This document shows, in pieces, positions 13,768 to 25,789 of a stretch of DNA of 64,000 nt (positions are counted from its first letter, which is position 1; the number at the start of each line of letters is the position of its first letter). Under the pieces are notes generated by a model that was not told the origin of the DNA, did no database searches, and was given only the letters and a program-made list of their open reading frames with translations. Source of the DNA: Thalia democratica (lineage: Eukaryota); NCBI GenBank assembly GCA_965202585.1, contig OZ241827.1:22692001-22756000 (forward strand), in the 5' to 3' direction. A program made the translations under genes and the position numbers.

Positions 13768-16700
13768 CTAACCTTCAACGCCATCAAGATGGGAATTTAT
13801 TTTAGCTGCAACGTTCGTCGCGTCGCCGCCTCCCCTCTCAACAATTTCCTTCTCGTGCGCGTTCAACTCGACCACGTTGGAAACGATGATGTCGTTCGCC
13901 GACGTCATCGGAAGCAAATTCTCCTCGTCGGCGCCGCACCTCGCCTCGTTCCGCTCGAACGCTTCCGTCTCCTCTCCGCTCTCTTCCTCGGGAATCGTTG
14001 CCAGGCAAGCGTCGTCGCTTTCGTGCGGAAACCGAGAAGCTGTTGTGATGTCACAAGAGCCCGCAATGTTAACCGCGTCTTCTTCGTCAAAGTTGGAAGG
14101 AAAAGGAGAAGTTGCCTCTTTCCCCGCTCCCACCGCTGCTGTGACGTCACAACTTGGTTTTTCTTCGAAACGTGGAGCTTCGATTTCCTCCAGCTCAGGA
14201 CTTTCAGGCTGCCGTCCTGCTTCTGAGTTTTCATGATTTTGTTTCAAACTTTCGTAATCATCTTCAGTTTTGCAGCTTTCCAACCCTGTTTTATTTTCGT
14301 CAGCTTCCATTGATTCGTTTGAAACTTCGTCTTTCTCACCAGTTTCATTTTCAGCTTTTACTAGCGTTTTAGAATACACAAAATTCAGGCACTCGTTGAT
14401 TGCATTGACGCCGTTGCCTTCTTGAACAGCTTCATTCTCCTCCGATTCATGGATATTTTGCTCGGTTTCATCGTCATTACTCATGCTATCACTTGAGTCT
14501 GATACATGTTTTACTTCCATCAAATCTGAACATTCTTGTGAGATTGTGTTTAACGAGTCTTTGTCGAATTTCTCAGAATTTTCACAACGTTCTTCTCCGC
14601 ATTCAGCTGGTATAGTTAACGAACTTGGCTCTGATTCTTGGCTATTTTGATTCGATATTGCAACTGTGTTTAGTTTAGTAGTAATTTCGTTCAAGTCTTC
14701 AACCTTACCCAAACTTCTATCTAAAACATTCAAATTTTTAGAACTGGTAACCGCTTCGCCGCTTCCATCATCGTAAGAAGTGGAAGCGTCGACCGACCGG
14801 CAAGCGGCTTCGGGTTTTCCAGCTTCGCCCGCAACCTCTTTTTCGCCGAAAATAAAGTCTACGTCGAGCTCTTCCATCTCGGTTCGGAGCTCGAGCGCGG
14901 TCGTGGTGTCGACGTACAAATCCACGTACTTGGAGCCGGCCGACCCCCTGCCGGTGAAGCGCAGTTTGAATGGGCGGCGACCCAGCACCTTGTCCATGGC
15001 ACCGTCCAGCTTGTTGCCGAGCTCGCCGCCCAGCCTGCACCGAACGGGCAGCGGATCCCTGTATATCAGCGACTGGTTGAACTTTATCGGCTTCAGGCTC
15101 GCAGCGCTCACCGATCCAGACTCGTTGCAGTCGATGAAGTCGACAGCGGCGGTCCCGTTTTCAACCGAAACCACCCTCGCCCTCACCCACTCGCGCTGGA
15201 AGTTTTCGTTGAAGCTGTGCTCGCACAAGTACAGCGACTCCGCTTTGACTTCTCCGACGTTTTCGCGGTGCCGGTCGGCTTCGAGCTGGCACATGCGAGC
15301 CATTTCGACGTGGCGCTCGCTCTCTTCTTCGCTTTGAAAGATGACGGAAAAGTCGCGGGGAGAAAACTTTCCGACTTTGCGAGCCTCGATGCAGAGCTGA
15401 GCGTCGGAATCTTTCAGGAATTGATACTTTTCGTTTTTTATCACACTTGTGATGTCGGCGTATTTATTTGCTTCCGTGTCTTCTCTGGGCGAAACCAGCT
15501 CGGGGCACTTGTAAAGGTTATTAACAGCGACTTCTTCGAGCGAGTCTTCATTTCTTTTAACAAGGTAAATTTCTTGACTTATTGTATTATCAAATTCTAA
15601 GTTGGTCAAAGATTTACTTTCGCTTACGACTTTATCTGTAATGTTATTATGGAAATCCCCAGTACTTTTAACATTTTCACATCTACGTTCTTCTTCGTTA
15701 TCTTGATAAAAAATTTCTGGACTAGACTTTGATCCTTGAACAACTTTGTTAGCCGATTTGACAGCTTCAGACTTGTCAGTTTCAAACTTTGAGCTCAAAT
15801 CGTTCATGCGTTCACTCAATCTGTCTAAAGTCGAGACCATGCCGTCTAAATTGGCGTTTATTTCCGAACTAGCACTTGTAACGTCCTTACTGTTCTCCAC
15901 AGTAATACTTTCATCTTTCAAGAAATCTTCCGAATCAGCTTTGTGTTTCTGATGCACGGTCAGAGGTATCTTGTACGACAAGTGCTCGTCCAAGGTCATG
16001 TCTTTCCCGTTCCTTCTTATTTTGAAGCAGGCGTCACATCCTTCTTCACCATTGTCGCTGGTGAACGTGGCGAAGACCTGAATGCTGTCGTCGGCGGCGA
16101 TCTTGGCCAACTCTTCCAGCAGCTGGTCGTGCTGCCTGTCGAGCTCCTCGTAAACCACGTTGACTTTCACGCAGTAGCGCGAACTGACGAATTTCTCCGG
16201 CAGCTCGTACACCTCTTTCACCGCGCCGCTGTTGCCGTAATCGACGTACTGCAGCTCAACCGACCCGTCCCCGCGCACCTCCGTCACCCTCGCCCGGTAG
16301 TAAACGCCGTCGTCCTCGAACAAGCCGATGCAGTACTCGCCCTTGCGCAGGTGCGGCTTGGCGGCGAGTTGCGTTTCGGGGGAGTTTATCTCTTCGCTCA
16401 GCTTGGCGAGGTCGCCGTCGAGCGCGGCCAGCTGCACGTGCAAGACGGATTGGGATTCGACGAAGGAAATGTAAACTTGCACCGGCACGTTCCTCGCCAC
16501 GTTCAGCATCGGTAAGTCTTTCGGCGCCTTCCTGACGTCCTTCGGCGTGCTCGTGCTGACAGGGATCTTTTCCATGACCGCTCTCTTTATCACGCTGAAC
16601 ACCTCGACGTCCTTTTCGCACTCCCTGCCCAGCTTCTCGTAATCGACAGCGACTTTGGCGTCCGAGCTGGCTCTCAGAAACTGCTCGAGGCCGGCTTCTA

Positions 16701-19700
16701 CCCCGCTGAAGCAATCGAGCACCGACATTTCGACGACGCAACTGTCCTCCTCCTGGCTCGCGAACGTGGCGTAGACTTCAATGTTTTCGTCGCCGGCCAC
16801 CTTGGTCAGCTCGTCCATCAGGTTGGGTACGTTTGACAGCTTTTCGGCGTCTTTAAGGCGCGCTTCGACGCAGAAATCCGGCAATGTGAACCTGTGGGGC
16901 AGCTCGAAAACCGCCGACTTTTCCACGCTGTCCGTGTTGCCGTAGTCGATGTACTTCAACAATATCAACCCGTCCTCCATTTCGCTTATGATCCTCGCCC
17001 GGTAGTACAGTTCGTCGGAGCTGAAACACACGCAGCAGGTTTCGGTGTTGAACTCACGCAAAGGCTTCAATGTCTTGATGAACTCTTCGCGGTTGATGTC
17101 GTCTCCCATCGCCGCCAGCTCGTTCTGGTCGGCCGCGAACTGCAAATGTAAAATTTCCTTCGACTCGACGTACGGTATGTAGACTTGCGTTCTCTTGTGC
17201 AGGTCAACCACCGGCCTCTCCACCACCGCCTGCTTTTCTTCCGACGGCGCTTTGTCGTAGCAGTGACCCGCGTCGACGAGCTCCCTCGCCAGGCAGCTTC
17301 CGTCGAACCTGGTCAACTCGACCTTCCACCTTTTGCAGAAAATATCAAACGTCTCGAAGGTCACTCGCAGCAGGCAGCCGCAGTTTTCCTTGAACGTTTT
17401 GATTGCTGCATTCGACCAGGAAAGACCGGAAACGGGGAAAACCCCTTTCAGGGAGCATTGGGCGGCGAACCTGGGCGTGGCGGCCAGCTGCTGCAGCAGG
17501 TACTTCATGTTTTTCACGTTGGCCTCGAATGTCTCGCCACTGTCGAGGTCGTTGCACAAAGCCCTCTCCTCGTCGTAAGCCATCAGCACCAGGCACCTGC
17601 GCCACGAGCTTCCAACTCTCACGCACACCAGCTCGCCGTCCACTATTTCCTCCACCTCGTAGTCGCACTGCCTCATCGCGTTGTACGCGCCGTTGAGCCG
17701 CCCGAAAAATTCTTCCTTCTTGGCGTTCACCGGCACGACGCTGAACTGGTCCGGGCTCCTCGCCGCCGACAAGAGCGCGTCGCACGCTTTGCCCTTCGTT
17801 GTGACGTCACACAGCGGAACCTCGATCAGCTCCGTGGCGATCTCGACCTCGCGGGTTTCCTTGATGGAGGGCAGCTCCTCTTGTGAGTACTTGCTCCTGA
17901 TCTGCTGGTTGACCAGCTTGCCCTCCTCGTTGAACAGCTCCAATAAAACGTGCCCGTCGTCGCAGCCGACCACCGCAGCTCTCACAGCTCCACCGTCCAT
18001 CATCCGGGTCAGCTCGCTGCAGATGTGATCCCTCACCTCTTCCGACTTGCTCGCCCTCAGCCCTGCCAGCTTGCAAGCTACGGCCTGCGCCGGCACGTGG
18101 ACGAACTTGTCGGCGATGCCAAACTTCAAGTTGTCGATGGTCGTGACAAAACTCACCCCGCGGTCCACCAGCAGAACTTCCACCTGTTTGGAAGGGGACA
18201 AGTTGCTCAGCAACTGACCCCTGTACCAGTGGCCGTCCGTGTACCTGCATACGCAAATCTGGTTGTCTTCCAGGTGGTTCCCCGATCTGACGTCTCTCAC
18301 GGCTTCGGCGAGGTCGTGAGAAAGGGCGTCCAACATGCTCTTGTTCGACTGGGGCCGGCAGTGAAAGGAGCACTGCTGCCTGTTGACGTGGCTTATGCTC
18401 AGCAAATGCTCCTTGTTCTTGTTCGAAGTCAGCTCGTGCATGAGCGAAAAGTCGAACGAATACAGGTGCAAGGGAGTGCGAGCGTCGGTGACGTTCTTGC
18501 AGAACCGGGCCACTTTATTTTCGACCAGGCACTCGTGCAATGACTGGTTGTCGGCGTTGATGTTTGAGACGAACTGCAGACCGGTGCCGTTGTGCCCGTA
18601 GCACCTCACCGTCGAGTACAGGCTCCTCTCGCCCAAAAACTTTTCCGTCAGCCGCACCGCTTCCTCGGACCAACTCGTTCCGCTCATCGGCTTCACCAAA
18701 CCATCCAACGTGCACTTGATCGAGGCGGGCGCCAGCCTCTGCACGAACTCAATTTCTATTTCGTAGATGTCATCGAAGTTGCGGAATATTGTAGTGCCGT
18801 GGTCCACCAAGCAAACGCAGCACCTCTGCAAGTCGCAAAATTCTATCAGCGCCGACCTGTACCACTTGCCGTGGTGCATTACTTTGCAGGGCATTCCGAC
18901 GTACAGGTCCTTGCCGACGTTTTTGACTTGTTTAAGCAAAACTTGCTGCCTGCCCATCTTGGCGCTCAACCCTACGTACTCGAACGACTCGGTCAGGTCG
19001 AGCACCCTCAGGTAGAACTCGTCGGGAGAAACAATCGAGCCTTTTGCGACGCGCAACGTCTTGCCGATGAGAGCTTGCGTGGAGGAAGTGTAGTATATTT
19101 TACCGGGCTGATCGGGAACCATGGGCAGCGCCAGCGGCTTTTTGAGGCTCTCGTCTACTAACTTGGCTTCCTCGATTTCTACGAGAGCCTCTCCTACGGA
19201 GTTGATGGAGTCGCACTCGCAAAACACTTCGACCAGCTTCGACGACTTTTCCTCGCCTTTTTCCAGCGCGTACACCGCATCGGCGTCTTCGATCAGGCAT
19301 TTCATTTTGGCCACCGCCTTCTTACTCCACATCTTTTCCGCCGGCCGCAGGTTGTGCAGCTTGCAAAGGACCGCGAACACCGGCGCTTCCCTGAAGTCCT
19401 TCAGCAAAACCTTCACCTGCCTCCTGTTCACCTCGATCTGCTTGCCATGGTCTACCAGCAAAACTTCCACGACGTTTCCGAAGTGGTAGGTGACCCTTGC
19501 CCTCGCCCACTCCTTGTCGGACCGCTTCACGCAGCACAGCTGCCCGTACTCGATTTTCTCCAGGTTGTCCCTGTTCTCTGCCTCGTACTCACAGCTGAGC
19601 TTCTGCTGCAGGGCTTCCAGCTCCTTGTCGTCTCTGAACTGCAGCCAGAAGCGGCCCGGGTCTTCGATGTTGGCCACCCGCACCAGCTTCACCATGGACA

Positions 19701-22700
19701 GCTCGCTTTCCAGAGTGACCAGCGGCCAGTCTTTTTTTATCTTGTCGAATAGGTCTTCTCCCTCGTCGTTGTACAGCTTTACGTGCTTGAACGCCGGCTT
19801 GGCATCGACGATCTCGGCGGTGAAGCTCTGGTCAACGGCAGTTCTCAAGAAGCAGTTTTCTCCTTTGAAGCTCGTATCGCTGGCGTCTTTCAGCAGGGTG
19901 CACGACAGGCCCTGGATGGGAAGCTCGAAAAATCCCTTGGCGGGCTTCAAAAGCTCCGGTACGTCGTGAAAGTTGGTCGTTCCATTGTCGACGTCTAGGA
20001 CCAGGACTTTTCCGTCGCTCCTGACCGTCAGCACCACGCCTCGGCTCACTTCATCAGAACGCCTGATAGCCACCGGGCTGTTCTTGCAAGCTTCGGTAAT
20101 TTTGAACTTTTTGAGGTCGTCCTCGTTCTCAGGATAGCAAGACTGCAGGCGCTTCTTGAACTTTTTGAAATTCAGCTCGTTCTTGCACAGCCTCACGTAG
20201 AGCTTGTCCACCGACCTGGCGTGCGTCACAACCACTCTCACCTTCGCGCCCTGCTGCACCCTGATGTTCTGGTACTTTCTCCCGACCTCGGCCAGCTGCC
20301 ATTCCGTTCCGCTCCGCTTGACATCACCCGGAACGACGGCTGCTGCGAGGCCTTCCGCGACCAACTTGCTTTCGATGCTCGCGCCGTCGATTTCTCCCGT
20401 GATCGAAACCCCACGGTGGTCAGATTGGCAAACGGTGACGCTGATGACGTTGCTTTGCAGAAACTCGCAGCACTTTGCGAATGAAGCTTCGTCCCCGTTC
20501 CATTTTATTTTTTCGAAGCGCACCAGGGCGGCGTAGGGGTCGGGTTGGCGGAATGCGTCGGGCAAGACCCACATGTGCCTGAGAGCGATTTTGTCGTGGC
20601 CGCCGTAGTCAATGAACAGCACCTTGCACCTGTCAAAATAAACTTCTTGCACGAGAGCCCTGTAGTAAGTCTCGTCTACGCCGTACCAAGCGGCCACGAC
20701 CGAGCCGGCCTTGAAAGTTTCAACCGCGCTCTTGTTGCCTTCGGCCGCAAGATGCTCGTTCAGTCTTCCCATGAACTGCTGGAGATCCACTTCCTTGCTG
20801 ACCTCCTGCACGAAGGCGCGCACCTCGTTGCACGGGCGGTCGGTGACGTAGGAAACGTAGCAGGGAATTCCCTTGTTGCGGAGTTTAAACGTACTGCGAG
20901 GAAAGTTTTCTCCCCGCTCGCATTTGTCGTGCTCGTGAAGCAAGCTCGCGATTGGCTGGCACGATGCCGGGTAGACGTCTTCGAAATCCCGCTGCTCGAT
21001 CTTGAATTCTTGGTACTCGTACAGGAACTTGTCCAGCACCAACCTGCAGCAGTCCCGACTCCAAAACGACGAGTTGTTCGAAGGCTTGAGACAACGGGTC
21101 ACGTTGAAGAGCATCGCCCTCGCTTCCAGTTGCGCGAAGCTTTCCGGCAAGACCCGGATGTCGTCTTCGTTTACGACCTGTGCGTGAAAAAATTTGCTTT
21201 CTGTGGTGTGCTTTGTTTACTTGAATTAAATTTTCAAGAGTAACCCGTGTAAATTCAGGTTCACTATCATTTTAAACTTTAACCGTATCACCGTTGTTTA
21301 ATAACAACTTGATTAATTACCTTACAACTATTAAACGTTGATTTCATTAGTTTTCGGTATTTAATGATTGATGTTTTATAACTTTGTAGTCAAATTTAAA
21401 TTACAGTAACCTCTCACTTATTTACGCACATTGTGTCCACAGAAAAATTGCGTAAAGATATGAGAGATCGTACCAAATATACTTACTATAATTGCTGTTG
21501 TTTTTTGATATTGCTTCTAGTTAAAAGCAGACTGGGGACTTTCCTACTTTTAAGAACTTGTTTACTTTATTTATAAATATGAAAATAAAAGATAAAACTA
21601 TACATATATTAAAAAAAAAGATTTAAATTTATATAAAATAAAAATACTTGTAGAAAAACTTTACTAATTTTGATAATAAGTAGATTTTATCTTTACTTTA
21701 TCCTTATTTATATGTGACTTATTTGATACTTAACATTTATATTCTATTCTACTTAGCAAACTCAATTTATAATTAAGCATTTGTTTACAATTAAGAAATG
21801 ATGTGGTGTCTATATTAAAATTTGTTTTTATAGCCTTTTACAAAAATATGCATTTGGTGCTGTAATGGATTTCTTCTTTTGAACAAAAATAAATAAAATA
21901 TAAGAAAAATGTTTAATAAAAAGTGTTTATGTTACTACAACTTTTTTTTATTTGACCTTTGCCCACATAAGGATAAACTTGTCTTGCATTGTATTGAAGA
22001 TGTGTTAATGGATATATTGATAAACCTGATTTGTGCAATATTAAAAAAATTAAAATTTTTATTTTTTGAATTTTTTAGAACTCTAAAATGCGTAACTAAG
22101 TTAGAGTGCGTAACGTCACGAGTGCGTAAAGATGCGAGAGGTTACTGTAGTTAGTTTTGTAAGGCTTGGCATACTTTATACCTCATTTTTTTTACTGGAG
22201 CATATTTAATTTGCATTTTTATTATTATATTTAAACAAGCTCCTTACTTACAGTAAATAGAGCAATACTTTTTAGTTAAAACAAATTACCATATTAATTT
22301 ACATGTAAAGATTACTAAAAATTACAGGTTTTTCCATGAATCAGGATTGGAAACCCTGATTTCAAAATAACATATTAAGATATGTCAAGTTTCTAAAACA
22401 ATGTTGAAAATTGAAAAATTTAGATGATTAAGTTTAAAATAATCAAGTTAACAAAGTAAAAGTTTGTTACGAACAAGTATGAAATGATCGTAAGTTAGAA
22501 ATGATAGGCTACCATAAATTTATAGTGAATACTTAAACATGAAATTACTTACTAATAGTAACAATTACAATCTACATTAAAACTGTTTTTCCCGAAAATC
22601 TAAAACTAATAAAAAATAAAAAATATAACCTTCAAATTTGTTATAAAAATATAACAATGTATGTAAACAAATCAAATATTAAATTTCAAAACTCACAAAA

Positions 22701-25262
22701 AAATACTTTAAGAAACTACTAAAATATACAACTTATCCTAATAGTTAGTACCTTAATAATTAGTTTGAACAAATAAAGTTTTACTAACATTTTTTAAAAA
22801 ACTTAATAAACCTAAATAGTCAAAATAGATTTGATCCAAATTAAAACAAATTCTATAACTTAATTGTTATACTCCGTTTCTTTTTTCTACCAAAAAACAA
22901 AAAGAATTTATATTGCTTATTTGTACAGCTGGGCTATACTATTTGTTCGTCTTTTAGACTAAAATATTAACGAATTTAAACACATACTACAATAGAAATA
23001 TATAAAGTTGCTAATTTTTTTAACTTTCACAAAAACTTAAAAATTTGCTTGACAAAATAATTAACAGAATTTATCAACAACGTAACAGCAATCAAAAATT
23101 GTAAAAAAACAATTAATATCTAACCTCTTCATTACCATAATCAATAAATCTCACAAAAGCGTCAGACTTCGACTTCATGTACAAAATTTTGCACCTGTAC
23201 CATTGGTCGTCTGAAAACTTTGCAACGCACAATCTACCTGTTAGAAACACAAAATACCATAATAGTCTAGAGCTTTTAAAAACACTGAACAACTTATTTT
23301 TTATAATTCTGAAACTGTGTTAAAAAATAAAAACTACATGTACTTTTCTATATTTTTCAATAGAAACTCTAACTGAAACATTTTTATCTCTAATATAAGG
23401 TGATAAATTTGTGTACAAGAACTACAATCCTTTTAATAACATTAGCTTCCCTTCTCTTCAAAAAGTTATTTATGTACAGACAATCTCATAATATTAAAAA
23501 AACATGAGAAACTTCAAATAACTTGTACACTAGAACTAAGCAAACTATATATATACAACTAAACTGAAAAATTACCTGAAGACAAATCATTCAATGGTTT
23601 CTGATCGTTCAGTACTGCCTTCTGAAGATTGTCGTGGATCTCTAGGTAGGCTTCACACTGGCTTTCTTCCTGCCCAGCGACGATTAGTTCTCCATCTGAT
23701 AATTTATAAAACAAATTTACTTAAACTCATTTATTTACAAGTGTAGTAGTAAATTAACTATAAGTGTTATGTTAGTAGTGAAACAGATGAAAATTAAGAA
23801 GTTTGATTTTGAATACATGCTCAGGTTATGATTAGTCAAATGTGTGTATTTCAAATAAAAAAATTAATAAAGTAATTATATAAGTTTAAGTAATGCTTAA
23901 AAGAAAAAATATTTATTGCAGGATTTGTGCGCAAAATTTTTCAAATTACAATTATTTAGACTGAAAAATGTTACCCTTTAGAGATGAATTGTTAATATGA
24001 AGGGGAGTCAATTAGTAAGACAAAAAATTTAAGTGATAAAGGTAATTAACTAGTAATGAAGCAATATCTAAAAAATTGGTGTATTTTTTTAATTTCTACC
24101 AAGAAAGCATTTATGAAGACGAGTTTGGAAAACCTTGTCCTAACCTTAATTGAGTCCATTTGGTCTTATAACCAGATGAAACAACATATTAGATAAGTTG
24201 TAGTTGCATAACTTATTAATAAAGAATTTATTATTACCTTTTTTATTTTTCAATTTTAATTTCTTTTTAAATCATCTAAGTTTTTGTTTTCGAAACTTGA
24301 ATTGTAATGTTGTGTAAATACTACAGAAATATTTGACACTTTATTTTTAGAGTGCTAACTTATTCATTTTTTAATTTTTTATAGCTTTAACTGAATCAAC
24401 ACTGATAAACTTCATTATGATACTCCTCTCTTACTTTTAAATATACTCTCCTTTTTTTTTCAAAAACTAAAGGTTTATTTAAAAATAAATTAACATCCGA
24501 AGATAATCTATACTCTAAACAAAATATAAACTGTTCTCAAATCTCTTTTAGAAATTCAAAAAATTTTAAGCGATTTGTATTTTACATATTTCTTACAAAA
24601 TTGAATGCTTATTAAGACAAGGTCACAATTTAATAATCAACTCAGAAAACCTCTCAAACTTTCAAGAATTTGAACAGAGAAAAACTGACATTTCGCAACT
24701 TTTTTCCAAATAACTAGTTTAGCTTTAATAACAGGATTTATCTACATTTTCAATAAGAATAAAATTACCATTATAAAACTAAGTAGCTTGAGAAAGTGGC
24801 AAACATGAGACTAAATATTATTTTGATCAACCAAAGTACAAATAACTTTTTATGTTAGTTTTAGACAACTGAAACATAAACTTAAACAAAAACATAAACT
24901 TTGGTGTCATGCTCCAAATTTAATACTTTAACTTTAAAACATTTACATTTTTATTTTTTAATTATTATCTATAAAACTGAAGTAATGTATCTTAAGTATA
25001 CAAACTATTAAGTGTTAAACTAAAAAAAAAATATTAAAATTGAAATTTCCTAACTGTGATGATTTTTATAAAAAATCATTCTAACTTCATCAATTTTCAA
25101 AAGATTATACAAATACAATATGTTATGTAATGAAAAAAATTAATTAAGATTTAAAAAAGGTTTCTGGCAGTTTTGAGTCAAACATTTTGAAATTTACTCA
25201 CTTTTATTGATATTGACTGATGTTACTAAGATGTTATACGTTTGGCCAACTTCAAGGACCAT
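13768..25262 (-). CDS. Multi-Tudor-domain protein (TDRD6/Tudor-like germ-granule/piRNA scaffold), about 2570 aa. Exons: 25262-25202, 23695-23576, 23237-23125, 21177-13768 (or to 13773 if spliced further)
   Basis: The giant ORF carries repeated extended-Tudor cores (e.g. ETYYRALVQEVYFDRCKVLFIDYG, LYYRARIISEMEDGLILLKYIDYGN, VYYRARVTEVRGDGSVELQYVDYGN). The tracked start is a TTG. An acceptor (ttttttcacgcacAG) opens the exon at 21177, and three phase-compatible upstream exons supply a first Tudor domain (MVLEVGQTYNILVTSV... GRLCVAKFSDDQWYRCKILYMKSKSDAFVRFIDYGNEE). About 10 Tudor cores plus an acidic disordered tail. Orthology not resolved. Confidence 0.9.
21404..22147. mobile_element. pogo/Tigger-like (Tc1/mariner) MITE in Tudor intron 3
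   Basis: TA|CAGTAACCTCTCACTTATTTACGCAC ... GTGCGTAAAGATGCGAGAGGTTACTG|TA: about 26-bp TIRs and a TA target duplication. Confidence 0.8.
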
Positions 25263-25789
25263 AACTTCTTTTAAATATTAAACAGTTTCTGTAAAGTAAA
25301 GAACTTGTCAGTCTATTTGACAAAATAACTATTTTAAAGTATTGATAAACTCATATAGTTTATGCATAATAAAAAACTCAAATAAATGTTTCTTAGACTC
25401 AATTAACATAGACAAAAAAAAATATAATAAGCTGCAGTACAACTTTGTGTTCAAAAAGTTCAAGGATATAAGGCAAGTGACATGAACCAGTGAGGGTTTG
25501 ATTAGGCTTTTAACTTATGTTAATTCGGTAAGTGGATTTTGAACGCGGGTGGATTTCATAGTATTTCATACTAAAAACTTTCATATAAGTATTTAATAAA
25601 AGTTTAGTAAAAAATATTTAGTAAAGATTATGATGATGAACATTTTAAACTTATTGATTAAAGTTGTTCTGAAATGCAGGATTTTTTTATTAGTAATAAT
25701 GAAATAATTGAGTCTGTAAATTATTTAAAAGATAAAATACTTAAAACAGCAGAAAATATACCTTTATTTTTTTTTTTAAACAAACTATT

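Noticed and set aside
13768-21177. GC-rich 7.4-kb intronless ORF as bacterial contamination or horizontal transfer
   Set aside because: It encodes metazoan-type extended Tudor repeats and splices in phase to three upstream exons embedded in host-like AT-rich DNA.
13789-21243. Dozens of overlapping ORFs on both strands within the Tudor exon
   Set aside because: Shadow ORFs expected from GC-rich, stop-poor coding DNA; none shows a domain motif or independent splice/start context.
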